A stretch of DNA of 64,000 nt. Source: Opitutales bacterium. GTDB lineage: Bacteria; Verrucomicrobiota; Verrucomicrobiia; Opitutales; UBA953. The translations under genes were made by a program, and so were the position numbers. Each line of letters begins with the position of its first letter. The stretch's first letter is position 1. The stretch lies in contig JAILGB010000025.1 of the NCBI GenBank assembly GCA_024697185.1, positions 611-64,610 on the forward strand, read 5' to 3'. The notes under the pieces were generated by a model that worked only from the letters and a program-made list of their open reading frames with translations, was not told the DNA's origin and searched no databases. Below are positions 1 through 8,328 of this stretch, piece after piece.

Positions 1-20
1 TTGTATCGACAGCCGCCGAA

Positions 21-1685
21 TTGCCTCACAACAACTTTAAAATTTATTCAGATAGAATTTTTTACCCCATTTTGACGAATGCTGATGGCATCAGTGAAAT
101 AATTGATACCATTTTTCAAAAAGTCAAAGATGAATCCAGCGATAAAGTTTCATCGGATGATGAATGGGCTGTGAGTAGGTATTCTCCAACACCAACAATT
201 GTCGAAGCGGCAAGTTCTTTGTATCTCAATCATTCCGTGGAAGAAATTTCTCGTCACGATTCTGCCGAGAATCTTTCAAAAACAAGTGCTTTTGTTTCCA
301 AAATTATTGAGCGCAGTAAGGCGAACAACGAAAAAAGTATTTGTTTTGTCACAGGAGTGCCTGGAGCGGGAAAAACTTTGGTAGGGCTCAACATTGCTAC
401 TGAACAATTCAAAAAAGGAGAAATTGCAACTTATCTATCTGGAAATTTCCCATTAGTAGAGGTTTTAACGGAAGCTTTGGCGCGGGACAAGGTGGCAAAG
501 GAAAAAGAAAATGGAAATAAATTCACCAAGTCAAAAGCGACCAGCGAGGTTAAGACATTTATTCAGATGATCCACCACTATCGGGATACATGCCTGCAAG
601 GAGCAAAAATTGAGAACGGAAAGATTGTGATGGATGAAGAGTACTTCCGCAAAGTCAAAAACAAAAATAAACACTACGCTCCCGTCGATCATGTTGCAAT
701 TTTTGACGAGTCACAAAGAGCATGGACACAGGCTCAACTGACAAATTTTATGTCCCGCAAAAAGGGCGTTGCAGGATTTCCGTATTCAGAACCAGAATAC
801 CTTATTTCGTGCTTAGATCGTCATCAAGATTGGGCTGTGATCGTCTGTTTGGTTGGCGGCGGTCAAGAAATCAATACAGGAGAAGCTGGTATTGGTGAAT
901 GGATAGCAGCGTTAAACAAAGACTATAAGCATTGGCATATCTATATTTCTGACCGTCTTACTGAAAAAGAATATTCTGAGGGGCGAGTTTTAGAATCAAT
1001 CGAGAACAAAAACCGAATCACCATAGAACCCGCATTGCATTTGGCAGTTTCAATGCGATCTTTTAGGGCTGAAAATGTGTCGAATTTCGTCCACAATCTT
1101 TTAGAGTCTAATGTTGCTGAAGCAAAAAACCTATTATCTTCTTTGGAAAAATATCCTATTGTTCTAACTCGTGATAAAAATATTGCAAAACAATGGCTTA
1201 GAACACAATCGCGTGGTAGTGAACGTTATGGCATCATCGCTTCATCTGCGGGAGAACGCCTTCGTCCCGAAGAAATAGTTGTAAGACTAAAAGCCGATGT
1301 GGTGCATTGGTTACTCGATGATGTTAACGACATTCGCTCTTCGTTGTTTATGGAAGATGTTGCCACAGAATTTGATGTTCAGGGTTTGGAACTCGACTGG
1401 GTTTGTGTGGCTTGGGATGGCGATTTTAGATATTCTAATGGCGATTGGCAATATTATCAGTTTAATGGTGGCAACAAGTGGAACAACATTAATAAGCCAG
1501 AACGACGTCTTTACAGAAAAAATGCATATCGTGTTCTTCTTACTCGAGCACGACAAGGCATGGTGATTTTTGTTCCTAAAGGCAACAAAAATGACCCTAC
1601 TCGTTTGCCGGAATTCTACGATTCAACTTTCAACTATTTGAAATCCCTCGGAATAAAAGTTTTAGAAGATGAACAAACACTATAA
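21..1685 (+). CDS. DUF2075-type P-loop ATPase / helicase-like protein (5' end probably outside the window)
   Basis: Walker A GVPGAGKT, Walker B-like AIFDESQRAW and C-terminal YRVLLTRARQGMVIF (UvrD_C-like) fit the DUF2075 / Schlafen-group-3-like layout. The frame stays open back to position 3. The gene is visibly AT-rich and has no copy of the GGGAACG word. Confidence 0.7.
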   Translation: MPHNNFKIYSDRIFYPILTNADGISEIIDTIFQKVKDESSDKVSSDDEWAVSRYSPTPTIVEAASSLYLNHSVEEISRHDSAENLSKTSAFVSKIIERSKANNEKSICFVTGVPGAGKTLVGLNIATEQFKKGEIATYLSGNFPLVEVLTEALARDKVAKEKENGNKFTKSKATSEVKTFIQMIHHYRDTCLQGAKIENGKIVMDEEYFRKVKNKNKHYAPVDHVAIFDESQRAWTQAQLTNFMSRKKGVAGFPYSEPEYLISCLDRHQDWAVIVCLVGGGQEINTGEAGIGEWIAALNKDYKHWHIYISDRLTEKEYSEGRVLESIENKNRITIEPALHLAVSMRSFRAENVSNFVHNLLESNVAEAKNLLSSLEKYPIVLTRDKNIAKQWLRTQSRGSERYGIIASSAGERLRPEEIVVRLKADVVHWLLDDVNDIRSSLFMEDVATEFDVQGLELDWVCVAWDGDFRYSNGDWQYYQFNGGNKWNNINKPERRLYRKNAYRVLLTRARQGMVIFVPKGNKNDPTRLPEFYDSTFNYLKSLGIKVLEDEQTL

Positions 1686-2073
1686 TGTTGTGGCGGCGGT
1701 GATTGTGGTGGAAGGGGAGATCCTCTGCATGCGGCGGGGGAAGGGGAAGGCTGCTGAAACGGATTACAAATGGGAGTTTCCGGGCGGAAAAATCGAAAAC
1801 GGCGAAACGCCGCAGGCGGCGCTGATACGCGAGATCCGCGAGGAAATGGATTATAAAATCGTTCCCGTCGAACGCGTCGCTGTCGCGGATTATAAATACC
1901 CGGATTTTACAATTTCCTTGGACGCCTGGATCTGCAGCGCGGACAAGTGCGATTTCAAACTGCTCGAACACATCGATCACCGCTGGCTAAAACCCGAGGA
2001 ACTGAATTCTCTCGACTGGGCTGCCGCCGATCTCGCCATCGTGCAAGCCTTGCAAAAACGATTCACGAATTAG
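1669..2073 (+). CDS. NUDIX hydrolase (MutT / CTP pyrophosphohydrolase-like)
   Basis: Nudix box GGKIENGETPQAALIREIREEMDY (GX5EX7REUXEEXGU). ATG at 1669 overlaps the upstream stop by 17 nt. GC content is native-like. Confidence 0.85.
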   Translation: MNKHYNVVAAVIVVEGEILCMRRGKGKAAETDYKWEFPGGKIENGETPQAALIREIREEMDYKIVPVERVAVADYKYPDFTISLDAWICSADKCDFKLLEHIDHRWLKPEELNSLDWAAADLAIVQALQKRFTN

Positions 2074-2425
2074 AAAATTTCGTGGGTTAAATCAGCGGGA
2101 ACGCAGGAACGGGAACGGTGTGTCGCGGGAACGTGTTTTTAGGATTCACGGATTTTAGGATTTAAGAGATTTTTGTTTTGGATTTACGGGAACGCTATGC
2201 GGGATAGCGGGAATTCCCCAAAAAATGGTTGTGGCTTTATGTCAAAAATAAAAAGCCCGCGTTCCCGCAGTGCCGTTCCCGCAGTTCGCGCTCTTTGCGA
2301 GATTGTTTTTGGCGGGAACGGGATTTTTTCGAAAAATATTGCGTTTTTTTTTTTCTGTATTAGGATTTTGGTGTTGTCAGAAATTTGACAGCGATTTTTT
2401 AAGAATCTCAATAAGATACAAAATT

Positions 2426-3289
2426 ATGAATAAATATATCTCATCTATGGCGGTTTTCGCGTTTGCGGGAACGACTTTTCTTAATGCTCAAACGGCACCG
2501 GATCAAGAGGAATTCGTAGTAGTCAAAGTCCCGCGTTCGCTTCTTCAAAAGAACTCCCAAACGGCACAGGATCAAGAGGAATTCGTGGTAGTCGGCGAAG
2601 CTCCGAAAGAAGAAGCGGCTCCGGTTGCTCCCCAACGCCGCCGTCTCCGGCGAGAGTCCCCGCGCGAAGCCCCGAAAGAAGTGGCGGCTCCGGTTGCTCC
2701 GGTCGTGGAAGAAGCCGTTTACAACGGTTTCATGACGGTAGAAGGCTTTTATGCGGCGGCAAATAATAAAATCGATAAAGATATTGACAAAAAACTCAAT
2801 ATCGGCGGTCTTTGGATGACGGCCGGCCGCAAGTTTGAATTGGATCCGACACTCTCCTTCGATCTCGCCGGGATCTTCGCTGTCGGCGGCGGTTTTTACA
2901 ACGAAAAGAGACCTACAAATGAAGAACGATATATCCAAGCGGATGGTTTGCTCGGAATCCAGCCGTCTCTCACGGTTAATCTCGGCGATCATTTTTCGCT
3001 CAGCGGCGGATTGATGGCGGGATTGGATGTGCGCAGCATGAGATATAGATATTCGGGCTATATAGGTTGGCAGCATAGAATTGTCAACGACACCGACACG
3101 AGATGTGGCGCTTTTTACGGCTCGTTTCTAAAAGCGGATGTAAAATTCACAAAACGTTTTTCTCTGACGGCATCAGCGCGCTATATGGGAACGACGGTGC
3201 AAAACGAATTTGAAGTGGCAGGCGTAAGCTGGCAAACAGAAAAAACAAATTACGCCGTCGTCACTGTCGGCTTTAAATTCGCGTTTTAA
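2426..3289 (+). CDS. outer-membrane beta-barrel protein with a tandem-repeat Pro/Glu-rich linker
   Basis: Signal peptide MNKYISSMAVFAFAGTTFLNA from the ATG at 2426. Alternating beta-strand-like C-terminal half ending in the typical OMP terminus VGFKFAF. The N-terminal extension in the ORF track (2270) looks non-coding. Confidence 0.6.
   Translation: MNKYISSMAVFAFAGTTFLNAQTAPDQEEFVVVKVPRSLLQKNSQTAQDQEEFVVVGEAPKEEAAPVAPQRRRLRRESPREAPKEVAAPVAPVVEEAVYNGFMTVEGFYAAANNKIDKDIDKKLNIGGLWMTAGRKFELDPTLSFDLAGIFAVGGGFYNEKRPTNEERYIQADGLLGIQPSLTVNLGDHFSLSGGLMAGLDVRSMRYRYSGYIGWQHRIVNDTDTRCGAFYGSFLKADVKFTKRFSLTASARYMGTTVQNEFEVAGVSWQTEKTNYAVVTVGFKFAF
2489..2700 (+). repeat. two pairs of in-frame direct repeats with 69-nt period inside the OMP gene
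   Basis: 2489-2524 vs 2558-2593 (36 nt, 2 mismatches). 2603-2631 vs 2672-2700 (29 nt, 2 mismatches). They encode TA(P/Q)DQEEFVVV and PKE(E/V)AAPVAP. Confidence 0.85.
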
Positions 3290-3320
3290 GACCGCTTTAA
3301 TTTAAAAAATCAATTTTTGC

Positions 3321-3357
3321 CGTTCCCGTGAGACATTGTTTCGCGGGAACGTTTTTT
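3321..3357 (+). terminator. rho-independent terminator built from an inverted pair of the genome word
   Basis: CGTTCCCG (3321-3328) / CGGGAACG (3344-3351) stem, 15-nt loop, then TTTTTT. Lies 32 nt after the OMP stop. Confidence 0.65.
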
Positions 3358-3414
3358 AGGATTTGCGGGCGAGTTTTGTTGTGTTAAAATCTACTTATCG
3401 AACCCCTGATATTT

Positions 3415-4521
3415 ATGAAAAAGTTTTTGGCTCTTGTTTTGTTTTTTGTCTCTGTTGCGGGAACGCTGTTTGCTGCGGGAACGGCTTTGGTCGTCGCCGG
3501 ATCGGATTTTCAGGGGAAAACCCACGAGGAGAGCAGTGCGATTGTGGCATCGATATTGTCACAGATCAAAAAAGATTATCCGCGAGCCGACGGCTTTTTG
3601 TTTTGCGGGGATTATACGCTCGACATCAACAACCCGCGTTCGAGCGAGGCTGGGATTGCCGCTTTGAAAAAGACCTTGTCGGCGTCGGAAATGTCGTTCC
3701 CGCCGGAAGCGACGGTCTTGGTGCAGGGCAATCACGATCCCGAAGACACGCGCGGGATGTCGCCGAGCGGCGGGAACGATCCCGCGAACGGGCGTTGGGG
3801 TGTTTTTGTGATCAATGAGGACGATTTCATGTGGTTTCAGGGGTTGCGGCGCACAAACGGCAATCCGCATATCTCGGACGACGAATCGACGGTCGAATCC
3901 ACGGCGATGAATCTCATTATTTATCTTCAACAAAAGAAACTGGAAGATTTCAAGGGCCCGATTTTTGTCATTTCGCATTTGCCGCTGCATTACTCGATGC
4001 GCACCTACAACGACGGCGACGCGCAATATGCGCGATTGATTTTTGATGTGCTGAATCTCTACGCCCGTCAGGGTTTGAAAATCATCTATCTCTTCGGACA
4101 CAACCATTCTAACGGCTGGGACAACTATATCGGCAGCGCGCGCGTCTGCCTCTTGCCGGGCGAGAAAATGCCGATTGCGGCGTGTATCGAAGAAAATCTC
4201 GACCAGCGCAACGCCAAGGTGCGGGAACGCCATTACGACCACAAGCGTTGCGATATCCTGCCGCTGCATTTTGTCTATATGAATGCGGGCTACACGGGAT
4301 ATTTCAAGACGACGGACGCGAACGACGGCGCGGACCGCACTTTGTCGATGACGACTTTTGAAATCGGCGGGAACGGCAAAGTGAAGATTCGCCGTTACAG
4401 CGCGAACGGGCCTTGCGATCTCAAGGCTCCCGGCGTCGTCAACACACGCGACGGCGGACAGGAGGCAAAGCTCAACTTTTACAAACCTTACACGGACAAA
4501 AAAACAGTCTGTGAAATCTGA
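3415..4521 (+). CDS. secreted calcineurin-like metallophosphoesterase
   Basis: Signal peptide MKKFLALVLFFVSVAGTLFA. Motifs GSDFQG, FCGDYT, QGNHD, SHLPLH and GHNHSNG. Confidence 0.8.
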   Translation: MKKFLALVLFFVSVAGTLFAAGTALVVAGSDFQGKTHEESSAIVASILSQIKKDYPRADGFLFCGDYTLDINNPRSSEAGIAALKKTLSASEMSFPPEATVLVQGNHDPEDTRGMSPSGGNDPANGRWGVFVINEDDFMWFQGLRRTNGNPHISDDESTVESTAMNLIIYLQQKKLEDFKGPIFVISHLPLHYSMRTYNDGDAQYARLIFDVLNLYARQGLKIIYLFGHNHSNGWDNYIGSARVCLLPGEKMPIAACIEENLDQRNAKVRERHYDHKRCDILPLHFVYMNAGYTGYFKTTDANDGADRTLSMTTFEIGGNGKVKIRRYSANGPCDLKAPGVVNTRDGGQEAKLNFYKPYTDKKTVCEI

Positions 4522-4546
4522 TCCCGCGGGAAAATTTCACAGACTG
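4505..4546 (-). terminator. 13-bp perfect hairpin between convergent genes (T-run only on the minus strand)
   Basis: CAGTCTGTGAAAT (4505-4517) / ATTTCACAGACTG (4534-4546). The loop contains TCCCGCGGGA. The left arm overlaps the stop codon of the + gene. On the minus strand the hairpin is followed by a T-run. Confidence 0.55.
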
Positions 4547-4566
4547 TCGCTTGCGGGAACGCCGTT

Positions 4567-5586
4567 TTAGGCGGCGAAAATGAGTCCCGCCTTCTCTCGC
4601 GCTTCGAGACGGTCAAACATCTCGTCTTCCTCTTCTCCGATGAAGATGTCTTCATAGGTCAGAGTTTCGTCGCCGCTGGAAATACAGTTTTCGTTGAGCG
4701 ATTTGATTTCCAAACAGGCGCGAAGATCCCGGACAATGTTCAAATCGTTTGAGGAGAGGATTTTGCGTTCACGACAAATCGCCACCGCTTCGTTGAAACA
4801 GCAGTCGTTTTCGAGCATCGTTTTTGCGATTTTGTCGTAAGACTTTTGCGCATTTTCCGGGATTTTGACGATTCGGGACTCGCGTGAAATATCCTGGAGA
4901 CACTTTTTGAGCCACGGGTGAATGAATGTCGAAAATTTAATGCCCGCGCCGACATCGAATCTGTCGATGCAGTCAGAAATCCGAATAAGGATTTCCTGCA
5001 TCAGATCATCGCTGTAGGAACTGCGATTGGAGCGTCGCATATTTTTATTGGCGAAACAGCTCACGTATGGGCAAAAGGATTCGAGGATTTTATTTTTTGT
5101 CGTTTCCCATTTTCGAACGGAGGCTCCGACTTTGTTTTTTAAAACTTCGAGCGGGGATTTTTTTGCGGGAACGGCGTTTTTCAAGGCGTTTTCGTAGGCT
5201 TTGAACAAATAGGCGGGCGGCATTTTGAAACCTTCCGCCGCCATGCTTATTTTTTCTTCGACGGTCGCGGGAACGTCGCCGGCGGCGAGGGTTTTTTCAT
5301 AGTCCGACAAAAGTTTTTTTGAGATGCCGATGGCGGCTCGCGATTGCGAAGCATTGTATTTGGTAATTTTTTTCAACTGCCATGCGCTGTTGATATTCGC
5401 CTCGACGAGCGCGAGCATTTCGCGCAAGACATCGGCGTTTCGAGAGATTTGAGGACGGACGGCGGACTCGATTTCGCGAAGAGTTCCGAAGAATTTGTCG
5501 AGTTCGTTTTGCGAGAGCGTCGAATAAAGCGCGGTGCGCGATTCGCCGGCGACGGCGGCGACATTATGATAATTTTTCCTGAACAT
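4567..5586 (-). CDS. sigma-70-like protein: unknown ~180-aa N-terminal domain plus regions 2-3, no region 4
   Basis: DLMQEILIRISDCIDRFDVGAGIKFSTFIHPWLKKCLQDISRESRIVKIPEN aligns to sigma-70 region 2.1-2.4/3.0 ([37 protein letters not shown]...RTIRIP). The ORF ends before any region-4 HTH. Confidence 0.55.
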   Translation of the reverse strand: MFRKNYHNVAAVAGESRTALYSTLSQNELDKFFGTLREIESAVRPQISRNADVLREMLALVEANINSAWQLKKITKYNASQSRAAIGISKKLLSDYEKTLAAGDVPATVEEKISMAAEGFKMPPAYLFKAYENALKNAVPAKKSPLEVLKNKVGASVRKWETTKNKILESFCPYVSCFANKNMRRSNRSSYSDDLMQEILIRISDCIDRFDVGAGIKFSTFIHPWLKKCLQDISRESRIVKIPENAQKSYDKIAKTMLENDCCFNEAVAICRERKILSSNDLNIVRDLRACLEIKSLNENCISSGDETLTYEDIFIGEEEDEMFDRLEAREKAGLIFAA

Positions 5587-5840
5587 AGTTTAATGAAATG
5601 TTGATAGTGATAGGGGAGGATGAAGAAGGCTTCGTTTCGAAAAACGAAGACGGGAGATTTGACCGCTATTTTTAAAACAGCAATCGTAGGGTTTTCAAGT
5701 GATTTCAGACCGAATCCAAATCGATAAAGAACAACGCTTAGAAATCAAGCGCACTTATAATTTAAAAGATCGGTTTTTAAGAGTCAAGAATTTTTATTAT
5801 TTGCTTTTTTGACTTTTCTTTGGTTAGAATATTTCTATCT

Positions 5841-6953
5841 ATGAAAACCCTTTTGTTCGGCTTGGCTTGGTGTTTTGTTTTTTGGCTTGTTCCCGCGGGA
5901 GCGAGCGATGAGGTGTTGCCGCAAAAATTCAGAGTGGCGACTTACAATCTTTTCCGCTTTAGCGGCAACTCCAAGGGAACGAACGCTCCCGGCATCGATC
6001 CGTCGCCCAAGGAACAGGAGGCGCGCGACGCGATCGCCCACGTTTTGAAACGGGTCAATCCCGACATTTTGGTCGTGCAGGAAATCGGTGACAAGCGCTG
6101 GCTTGAAAACTTGCGCCGGGACCTCGAAGCTGTCGGCGTCGTTTATCCCGCGGAAAACTGCGAATTTGTCTTTGGCAACGACCGCCACAACCACCTCGCC
6201 GTGCTCGCCAAATATCCGTGGAAATCGGCATCGTGGAATGTGCGCGGCGACTTTTTGACGCGCGGCTTCATCTCGTCGCGTTTTAAAATGCAGGACGGCG
6301 AGGATTTCTATGTTTTTCCCGTCCATCTCAAAAGCCAGATCGGGACAAAAACCGATCCCAAATGCACCAAACGCCGTTCCCGCGAACTGCTCGTCCTGCG
6401 CTCGCTCATCTCGCAAGGCGTTCCCGCGGAGCTGCACGAGCGGCGGGATTTTTTTGCCGGGATGATCAAGATTTTCGAACAGTACGGAGTGCCGTTTGAA
6501 AAAAAGACGGAATTTGACGGGCGCGACCTCACGACAGAATATTGGGAACGCCCCGCCTCGACTCCGGAACTCTTTGTGATTTTGGGCGATTTTAACACCC
6601 CGCCGGATGCGCCGGAAATCAAGATTTTTAGAGAAAAGCAATTGTTTGCCGTTCCCGTCGAAGCCGTTCCCGCCGTAATGCGAAAAACTGCGGATTTGTC
6701 AACGGACGAAGGGCGTCGGCGCAATCCGCGACTCGACAATTTTAGCTACGTCATCAAATATGCGTATTCGCCCAATAAAAATTTGCGGGAACGCAATATT
6801 GCGGAGATGTGCGGACAGCTGGATCAGATTTTTCTCTCGCCGCAAGCCTTCAAGCGGCGCAAAAACACGCCGGCGATCATCTGCAACTACGATTATTCCT
6901 GGCTCGGATCCGATCACCGCTGTCTCTATATCGATTTTGATTTTTCCGAATAA
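5841..6953 (+). CDS. secreted endonuclease/exonuclease/phosphatase (EEP) family protein
   Basis: Signal peptide from the ATG at 5841. Motifs RVATYNLF, DILVVQEI, LGDFNTPPD and GSDHRCLYIDF. Confidence 0.8.
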   Translation: MKTLLFGLAWCFVFWLVPAGASDEVLPQKFRVATYNLFRFSGNSKGTNAPGIDPSPKEQEARDAIAHVLKRVNPDILVVQEIGDKRWLENLRRDLEAVGVVYPAENCEFVFGNDRHNHLAVLAKYPWKSASWNVRGDFLTRGFISSRFKMQDGEDFYVFPVHLKSQIGTKTDPKCTKRRSRELLVLRSLISQGVPAELHERRDFFAGMIKIFEQYGVPFEKKTEFDGRDLTTEYWERPASTPELFVILGDFNTPPDAPEIKIFREKQLFAVPVEAVPAVMRKTADLSTDEGRRRNPRLDNFSYVIKYAYSPNKNLRERNIAEMCGQLDQIFLSPQAFKRRKNTPAIICNYDYSWLGSDHRCLYIDFDFSE

Positions 6954-6980
6954 TCCCCGCGCTCTGTTGCGGGAACGCGT

Positions 6981-8324
6981 TTAGAAAAATTTGCTCGCCA
7001 GAATAAAAAAGATGCCGGCGGGAACGACAAAACGGACAAAGAAGAGAAGGACGGGAACGGCATCCGGCCGGTCTTCAAAAGAGCGCATCAGGATTTTTTT
7101 GTCGAGCACCCAACCGACAAAAACGCTGGTGAAGAACGACACGACCGGCATCATCCATTCTGAAGTCAGATAGTCGAGCCAGTCAAAGACGCTTTTTTCA
7201 TGCCATTGAAGATTGCTTTCCGTCAAGGAAATCGCGGCGACGATATTGACGACAACGAAGACAAGACTCATCACGATGATGACTTTTTTGCGGGGAAGAT
7301 CAAGTTTTTCGCTAAAATAAACGAGCACGCCTTCGAACATCGAAATCGATGAAGTGAGCGTCGCCAAGACGAGCAGGGTGAAGAAAAGCACACTGCAGAG
7401 CGTGCCGAGCGGGAGCGTGTTAAAAAGAGACGGCAAGGTGACAAAAATCAATCCCGGACCGCCCTTGAGCAAGGCTTCTTCCGTGTTGCCGTCGCCACCG
7501 GCGGCAAATGCCGTGCAAAAAATAATGATGCCGGCGAGAATGGCGACCAAAGTGTCGAGAACGGCGACTCCCGAAGCCGTTTTGATCAAATCTTCCCGAC
7601 GGCTGAAATATGAAGAATAGACAATCAAAATCGCCATGCCGCAGGAAAGGGAAAAAAATGACTGTCCCAATGCGGCGAGCACGATCGTCGAATTCAGTTT
7701 TGAAAAATCCGGCGCAAAGAAAAATTTGAGCCCCTCAACGGCGCCGGGCAGGGTGACCGCCCTAAAAACCATGACCAACAAAATCACAAAAAGAAGCGGC
7801 ATCATGATTTTGCTCGCCAGCTCGATTCCCTGACGAACACCTTTCCACAAAATCGCGGAGGTTGCAAAAATGGAGACGATAATCCAAAGCGCCTGACGGG
7901 AAGGATTGGCGAGAAGATCGTTAAAAATCCGGTCCGGCTGCGAAAAAAACGCCGTATCCTGTGAAAAAATCGCGGCAAACGAAAGCCGCAAATATTCGCA
8001 AGCCCAACCGGCGACCGTCATGTAAAAACAGGAGATCATCGACAAGACGATCACGGAGAGCAGGCCGACTCCATAAAAAAATCTGCCGCCGCCGAGATTG
8101 GCGAACGATGCCGCCGGATTGGCGCGTCCCTCGCGTCCGACAGTAAACTCGCTGAGGATGATCGGGATCGCAAAAAAGACGACGCAGAGAAGATAGATCA
8201 GCAAAAAAAGTGCACCGCCGCCCTTGGCGGTCTCTGTCGGGAAACGCCAGATGTTGCCCAAGCCGACAGCCGAGCCTGCCGTCGCCATCAAAACACCCAG
8301 TCTTGTCCCGAAATGCGCCCGCAT
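6981..8324 (-). CDS. sodium-dependent transporter, NSS/SNF family
   Basis: N-terminal signature LMATAGSAVGLGNIWRFP; multi-pass hydrophobic protein. Confidence 0.85.
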   Translation of the reverse strand: MRAHFGTRLGVLMATAGSAVGLGNIWRFPTETAKGGGALFLLIYLLCVVFFAIPIILSEFTVGREGRANPAASFANLGGGRFFYGVGLLSVIVLSMISCFYMTVAGWACEYLRLSFAAIFSQDTAFFSQPDRIFNDLLANPSRQALWIIVSIFATSAILWKGVRQGIELASKIMMPLLFVILLVMVFRAVTLPGAVEGLKFFFAPDFSKLNSTIVLAALGQSFFSLSCGMAILIVYSSYFSRREDLIKTASGVAVLDTLVAILAGIIIFCTAFAAGGDGNTEEALLKGGPGLIFVTLPSLFNTLPLGTLCSVLFFTLLVLATLTSSISMFEGVLVYFSEKLDLPRKKVIIVMSLVFVVVNIVAAISLTESNLQWHEKSVFDWLDYLTSEWMMPVVSFFTSVFVGWVLDKKILMRSFEDRPDAVPVLLFFVRFVVPAGIFFILASKFF

Positions 8325-8328
8325 GAAA

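Noticed and set aside
1669-1685. The 17-nt overlap of the DUF2075 gene and the NUDIX gene as evidence for a dedicated two-gene (defence) operon.
   Set aside because: Composition and word content switch sharply at the overlap (AT-rich and word-free versus native). The overlap is more simply explained as an insertion junction. A functional link cannot be claimed from this window.
2270-2425. The N-terminal extension of the OMP ORF (ORF-track start at 2270), and similar upstream extensions of ORFs at 5820, 9390, 14416, 32150, 49023, 49477 and 50616.
   Set aside because: The extensions run through word-rich intergenic DNA or overlap the preceding gene. Internal ATGs give canonical signal peptides or N-termini (for example MNKYISS..., MKTLLFG..., MKNKFFAL..., MWPFFLAL..., [11 protein letters not shown]...).
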